DNA of 64,000 bases, from positions 32,001-96,000 of the IMG/VR virus record IMGVR_UViG_3300033121_002101; one strand, given 5' to 3'. The notes beneath the pieces were generated by a model. It was not told the origin of the DNA, ran no database searches, and was given only the letters and a program-made list of their open reading frames with translations. The stretch's first letter is position 1. Each line of letters starts with the position of its first letter. The position numbers and the translations under genes were made by a program. Below, piece by piece: positions 59,175-64,000 of the stretch. The DNA comes from a virus (taxonomy: Duplodnaviria > Caudoviricetes).

Positions 59175-59555
59175 ATGCCAGATGTAAGTTACATTTTAAC
59201 AGTTATTTGTGTTGTTATATCTGCAATTTCTGCTTTTTCTTCATGGAAGAATAAAAAAACGAATAAATCATTTGTTGAAGAATTTAGCGATCAGCTTAAA
59301 TCGACTAGTACAAAAATAGAACAAGTTGAAGAAGCTGTAAAAACAATTTCAACGAATGTTGAAGAAACAGTAAAGACAATTAAAGAAAATGTTGAAAAAA
59401 CATCTATAAAAACAGAAGCGATTTCTAAACGCACTGATTCAATACCTGAATTGTTTTTCTCTAAATTTCTTGAACAAGTTCGTGCAATTGGCGAGCCAAA
59501 CGTACATATTCACGATATAGAAGTAATAGGTAAACGAGTTTTAAAGGAGCTGTGA
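59175..59555 (+). CDS. Membrane-anchored coiled-coil protein
   Basis: N-terminal TM; 11-aa repeats VEE.VKTI..N. Confidence 0.65.
   Translation: MPDVSYILTVICVVISAISAFSSWKNKKTNKSFVEEFSDQLKSTSTKIEQVEEAVKTISTNVEETVKTIKENVEKTSIKTEAISKRTDSIPELFFSKFLEQVRAIGEPNVHIHDIEVIGKRVLKEL
59325..59402 (+). repeat. Imperfect 33-bp tandem repeat (about 2.4 copies)
   Basis: gttgaa units start at 59325, 59358 and 59391. Confidence 0.75.
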
Positions 59556-59556
59556 A

Positions 59557-62500
59557 ATGCCACTGCACCCACCTGGGCCGCCTACAATAAATGTTTCTGG
59601 ATCAGATGCTGCTATAGTACCTGTATCCATTCAACCGCAAACAGTACCTGCGTCTTACGTAACAGTTAGACTTACGAATGGAGATTCATATTATACAGCT
59701 GGTGGAACATCTGTAAGCGGAGGAAGTGTATTAACTGCAGATCAAGGTTCTCCAAATACTATTGGAAATGCATGGCCAGTAAAAATAACAGATGGCACAA
59801 ACATTTATGGCTCTAGAACAGTACCGATACATAGCTTAATTGCGTCTGGCGGTATAGGTGTTGGCGTCAGTAGTGTTTCAAGTATAGGCGCATTACGTGT
59901 TGATGTTGTACAGACAACTGGAATGCCATCTGGTTCACTTACGGGATTACTTGTTGGCGGATTAAATGTAGCAAATTCAAATCCAGTTCCAGTCTCAGAT
60001 GCTGGTGGAAGCATTACAGTTGATGGCACGGTGACCGCTGCACAAGGTACAGCAGCAGCCATTGGGTCACCATGGCCAGTGATAATAGTGTCAGGCAGTG
60101 ACGCAGTAGGGACACAGACACATCCTACGTGGATTACTGGGTCTGTATCAATTACAAATCAAGCAGGTGCTGGTTCAAACGTAACTGTTTTATCTGGTTC
60201 ACTAACAGGTTTGCTCGTCGGAGGTGTAACACTTTCAAATGCAAACCCTGTACCGATTTCAGATGCGGGTGGAAGTTTAACGGTTGACGGAACTGTAGTT
60301 GTAACATCAACTGTAATAAATTCAGGATCAGTTGCTGGTGTTTTAATTGGCGGGCAACCAGCATCAAATGCAAATCCAATTCCAATTTCAGACGCAGGCG
60401 GAAGTATAACTGTTGACGGAACAGTAACAACAGCGCAAGGAACACCAGCAAGCATAGCTTTACCGTGGCCTGTAATCATTGTTTCTGGTAGTGATCCAGT
60501 AGGAACGCAAACACATCCAACGTGGATTACAGGCTCAGTTTCTCTTACAAACCAAGCAGGAGTCTCTGCTAATGTCACAACACAATCTGGTTCAGTTGCT
60601 GGATTACTGATTGGTGGACTCAGCGTTGCTAATTCAAATCCAATTCCTATTTCTGACGCTGGTGGAAGTATAACTGTAGACGGTACTGTAACTGTAACTT
60701 CAACTGCTATAAACTCTGGTTCAATTACTGGACTTTTAATTGGTGGTGTTGCACTTTCAAATGCAAACCCAGCTCCAATTTCAGATGCAGGTGGGTCGAT
60801 CACAGTTGACGGAACTGTAACTGTTACACAAGGTACAGCAGCTGGAATAGGCGCGCCATGGCCAGTTGTTTTGGTTTCTGGCAGTAACGTTGTCGGCTCA
60901 ACGACTAATCCGATATGGGTTACTGGTTCTGTATATACATTAAATCCGGGAGCTGCAGGTTCAAATGTAACTTCTCTTTCAGGTTCAATAACAGGATTGC
61001 TTGTTGGTGGACTCAACGTAGCGAATTCAAACCCGATACCAATCTCTGATGCAGGTGGATCTATTACTGTTGACGGATCGGTCACTGTCACATCTACTGT
61101 GATTAATTCTGGCTCTGTTGCAGGTGTCCTTATTGGTGGACAACCTGCAACAAATGCCAACCCAGTGCCAATATCTGATGCTGGTGGATCACTTACAGTT
61201 GATGGCACTGTTACAACGACGCAAGGTACACCAGCAAGCATTGGTTCACCATGGCCAGTAATACTTGTATCTGGCAGCAACGTTGTTGGTTCAACAACAA
61301 ATCCAATTTGGGTAACAGGATCTGTTTACACGCTTAATCCAGGTGGCGCAGGCTCAAATGTAACTGCTTTATCTGGGTCTATCACTGGATTACTTGTTGG
61401 TGGCTTGAATGTAGCAAACTCAAATCCAGTACCAATCTCAGACGCAGGTGGAAGCATTACAGTTGATGGAAGTGTTACTACAACTCAAGGAACAGCAGCA
61501 AGTATAAATGCTCCATGGCCAGTCATTATCGTTTCTGGTAGCGATCCTGTAGGGACACAGACTCACCCAACTTGGATTACAGGTTCAGTTTCTTTAACAA
61601 ACCAAGCAGGCGTATCTGCGAATGTTACAACACAATCTGGTTCAGTAATAGGATTACTTGTTGGTGGGCTCAACGTAGCGAACGCTAACCCAGTGCCAAT
61701 ATCAGACGCAGGCGGATCAATAACTGTAGACGGAACAGTCACAGCAACTGTTGTTTCAACTGTTATAAACTCTGGTTCATTAACAGGGTTATTACTTGGT
61801 GGAGTAGCTGCATCAAATGCAAATCCAATTCCTATTTCTGATGCTGGCGGATCACTTACAGTAGACGGTACTGTAACAGCTGCTCAAGGTACAGCTGCAA
61901 GTATAGGCGCACCATGGCCAGTTATTATTGTTTCAGGAAGTGACCCTGTAGGAACGCAAACACATCCAACATGGATTACAGGTTCTGTGGCTATTACAAA
62001 TCAAGCAGGTGTTTCTGCTAACGTGACAGTACAGTCAGGATCAACGACTGGGCTACTTGTTGGTGGACTCAACGTTGCAAATAGCAATCCAGTTCCAATA
62101 TCAGACGCAGGTGGAAGTTTAACAATTGATGGAACAGTTGCTGCAACACAAGGAACTCCAGCAGCAATTAGTTCACCGTGGCCAGTAATACTTGTTTCTG
62201 GCAGTGATGTAATTGGGTCTACAACTAATCCAATTTGGGTAACAGGGTCTGTTTATACGTTGAATACTGGAGCAGCAGGATCAAATGTAACAGCGCTTTC
62301 AGGTTCAGTTACAGGACTTTTATTGGGTGGGCTTAGTGTAGCGAATAATAACCCAATTCCTATTTCAGATTCAGGTGGATCAATAACTGTAGACGGAACA
62401 GTTACGGTCACTTCTACAATAATCAATTCTGGTTCAGTTTCTGGAATTCTTATTGGTGGACAACCAGCAACGAATGCAAATCCAGTTCCAATATCAGACG

Positions 62501-63765
62501 CTGGTGGAAGCATTACTGTTGATGGAACAGTTACAGTTACATCAACAGCAATAAATTCTGGCTCACTTACTGGCTTACTTGTTGGTGGTGTTGCACTTTC
62601 AAACGCAAATCCCGTTCCTATCTCTGATGCAGGTGGATCGATTACAGTTGATGGAACTGTAACAGCGACTGTTGCTTCAACTGTTATAAACTCTGGTTCG
62701 TTAACGGGATTGTTGCTTGGTGGAGTAGCTGTATCAAATGCAAACCCAATTCCTATCTCTGATGCGGGCGGAAGTTTAACTGTTGATGGAACTGTAACTG
62801 TTGCATCTACGGTGATCAATTCAGGATCTGTTGCTGGCGTCCTTATTGGTGGTCAACCAGCTTCAAACGCAAACCCCGTACCAATATCTGACGCAGGTGG
62901 AAGCATAACCGTTGATGGCACTGTAACTGCTACAGTTGCTTCGACAATAATAACATCTGGTTCAGTTACTGGATTATTAGTCGGCGGTGTTGCAACATCA
63001 AACGCAAATCCAATCCCAATTTCTGACGCAGGTGGAAGCATCACTGTAGACGGAACAGTTGTCGTTAGCTCTGCTACAATAAGTTCTGGTTCAATTACAG
63101 GATTACTTGTTGGAGGTCTTAACGTAGCAAACAGCAATCCAGTGCCAATTTCTGATGCTGGTGGAAGCATTACAATAGATGGAACTGTAACAGCAACTGT
63201 TGCATCTACTGTAATATCTACAGGTTCAATCACAGGTCTGCTTGTTGGCGGACTTAACGTAGCCAACTCAAATCCAATACCAATTTCTGATGCTGGTGGG
63301 TCACTTACAGTTGATGGTACTGTTACTATTGCATCTGGTTCTGTCACTGGGCTTCTAGTTGGCGGTGTTGCAGTAAGCGGTACAAACCCAGTGCCCGCTA
63401 TAGCATATGACGGAATGGGAGCACAATGGCAATCTGGGTCTATGAGAGAAATCTCATATGCATTTTTAAACTCAGCTACATCTGGTTCTACTCAAATAGT
63501 AGCTGCTCAGGGCGCAGGAATAAAAATAACTGTTTTATCAGTTCACGTAATGACAACATCTGCTGTTAGTGTACAATTTACTTCATCAGGAAGCTCAGGT
63601 AATACTAATAAAACAGGTTTTTATCCTATAGCTGCAAACGGGGGATTTGTTTTACCACACAATCCACACGGCTGGTTCAGAACTAATGCTAACGAACATT
63701 TATGTTTAGGATTAAGCGCAGCTGTATTCACAGCTGCAACGATAACATGGATGCCAAGCATATAA
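59557..63765 (+). CDS. Large repetitive fibre/decoration protein
   Basis: 19 NP.P[IV]SD.GGS.T.DG.V units plus 7 PWPV modules; C-terminal IVAA.GAG...AANGGFVLP.NP.GWF domain. Confidence 0.75.
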   Translation: MPLHPPGPPTINVSGSDAAIVPVSIQPQTVPASYVTVRLTNGDSYYTAGGTSVSGGSVLTADQGSPNTIGNAWPVKITDGTNIYGSRTVPIHSLIASGGIGVGVSSVSSIGALRVDVVQTTGMPSGSLTGLLVGGLNVANSNPVPVSDAGGSITVDGTVTAAQGTAAAIGSPWPVIIVSGSDAVGTQTHPTWITGSVSITNQAGAGSNVTVLSGSLTGLLVGGVTLSNANPVPISDAGGSLTVDGTVVVTSTVINSGSVAGVLIGGQPASNANPIPISDAGGSITVDGTVTTAQGTPASIALPWPVIIVSGSDPVGTQTHPTWITGSVSLTNQAGVSANVTTQSGSVAGLLIGGLSVANSNPIPISDAGGSITVDGTVTVTSTAINSGSITGLLIGGVALSNANPAPISDAGGSITVDGTVTVTQGTAAGIGAPWPVVLVSGSNVVGSTTNPIWVTGSVYTLNPGAAGSNVTSLSGSITGLLVGGLNVANSNPIPISDAGGSITVDGSVTVTSTVINSGSVAGVLIGGQPATNANPVPISDAGGSLTVDGTVTTTQGTPASIGSPWPVILVSGSNVVGSTTNPIWVTGSVYTLNPGGAGSNVTALSGSITGLLVGGLNVANSNPVPISDAGGSITVDGSVTTTQGTAASINAPWPVIIVSGSDPVGTQTHPTWITGSVSLTNQAGVSANVTTQSGSVIGLLVGGLNVANANPVPISDAGGSITVDGTVTATVVSTVINSGSLTGLLLGGVAASNANPIPISDAGGSLTVDGTVTAAQGTAASIGAPWPVIIVSGSDPVGTQTHPTWITGSVAITNQAGVSANVTVQSGSTTGLLVGGLNVANSNPVPISDAGGSLTIDGTVAATQGTPAAISSPWPVILVSGSDVIGSTTNPIWVTGSVYTLNTGAAGSNVTALSGSVTGLLLGGLSVANNNPIPISDSGGSITVDGTVTVTSTIINSGSVSGILIGGQPATNANPVPISDAGGSITVDGTVTVTSTAINSGSLTGLLVGGVALSNANPVPISDAGGSITVDGTVTATVASTVINSGSLTGLLLGGVAVSNANPIPISDAGGSLTVDGTVTVASTVINSGSVAGVLIGGQPASNANPVPISDAGGSITVDGTVTATVASTIITSGSVTGLLVGGVATSNANPIPISDAGGSITVDGTVVVSSATISSGSITGLLVGGLNVANSNPVPISDAGGSITIDGTVTATVASTVISTGSITGLLVGGLNVANSNPIPISDAGGSLTVDGTVTIASGSVTGLLVGGVAVSGTNPVPAIAYDGMGAQWQSGSMREISYAFLNSATSGSTQIVAAQGAGIKITVLSVHVMTTSAVSVQFTSSGSSGNTNKTGFYPIAANGGFVLPHNPHGWFRTNANEHLCLGLSAAVFTAATITWMPSI
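59929..63396 (+). repeat. Two-module protein repeat array
   Basis: Directly visible in the translation; heavily synonymous-diverged at DNA level. Confidence 0.95.
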
Positions 63766-63774
63766 TTTTATTTT

Positions 63775-64000
63775 ATGGCATTTGATTTAGAACTAAGAGC
63801 GCCAAGTCAGTCGTTTAATTTAATATTAAACGCAAGTGCATCAATACAGCCGAGTTCATCTCTTGGTATTGGCGTTGGAATGACACGCCAAAAAATATAT
63901 TCTTCTCAACCATCAACTGGTGTTTTAACAACATGGGATACAAACTGTATTGTAAATTCTGTTGATGTTGGAACAAACAACCTAAATGCACCATTGCATG
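63775..64000 (+). CDS. Probable structural protein, 3'-truncated by window edge
   Basis: ATG 63775 open to the end: MAFDLELRAPSQSFNLILNASASIQPSSSL... Confidence 0.6.
   Translation, partial: MAFDLELRAPSQSFNLILNASASIQPSSSLGIGVGMTRQKIYSSQPSTGVLTTWDTNCIVNSVDVGTNNLNAPLH

Noticed and set aside
59805-63347. Long minus-strand ORFs (60159-61280, 62253-62819, 62853-63347 and others)
   Set aside because: Antisense shadows of the repetitive plus-strand gene; they only mirror its codon pattern
59929-63396. Repeat array as a CRISPR or DGR template/variable pair
   Set aside because: Units are in-frame protein repeats differing mainly at synonymous sites; no invariant repeat with unique spacers, no evident adenine-specific variation, and no cas or reverse transcriptase gene in the window
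63751-63781. Hairpin atgcca...tggcat over the ATG at 63775 as another locked start
   Set aside because: Only 6 bp with a long AT loop and no clean motif match; could be chance
1-64000. Active stop-codon reassignment
   Set aside because: Core genes (TerL, portal, MCP, sheath, tube) are full length in the standard code and coding density is already near complete
1-64000. tRNA, rRNA, introns, inteins, homing endonucleases, integrase or transposase
   Set aside because: Intergenic gaps are about 100 nt or less with no cloverleaf seen; no splicing or endonuclease motifs recognised; not confirmed by tRNAscan or Infernal

Overview
This is an AT-rich, densely packed 64 kb segment of a large T4-superfamily-like myovirus; gene content and order resemble the divergent RM378/uncultured large-phage type. 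All credible genes lie on the + strand. In order: (1) a sugar-nucleotide/glycosyltransferase cluster with ADP-heptose pathway homologues (GT9, HldD-, HldC-, HldA-like, Ugd, two further GTs, a methyltransferase, a cupin, a HAD); (2) a gp55-like late sigma factor; (3) baseplate and appendage genes; (4) RuvC, primase and a fused Mre11-Rad50 (gp47-gp46); (5) candidate lysis membrane proteins; (6) terminase, portal, protease, scaffold and major capsid; (7) GroES and probable head-packaged cargo proteins; (8) neck, sheath and tube; (9) a 1402-aa repeat protein. Three things stand out. First, an S-G-S/T-G-S motif is strongly concentrated in exterior virion proteins next to a heptose/glycosyltransferase cluster, suggesting a phage-encoded virion glycosylation (possibly heptosylation) system. 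Second, a T4-late-promoter-like motif repeatedly sits in the loop of a hairpin whose 3' arm buries the start codon or Shine-Dalgarno of the next late gene. Third, several cargo-like proteins carry shared leaders and gp21-type cleavage sites, including a tandem-PcfJ polyprotein and an ADP-ribosyltransferase. All family assignments come from motif recognition by eye, with no database searches, and counts are manual.
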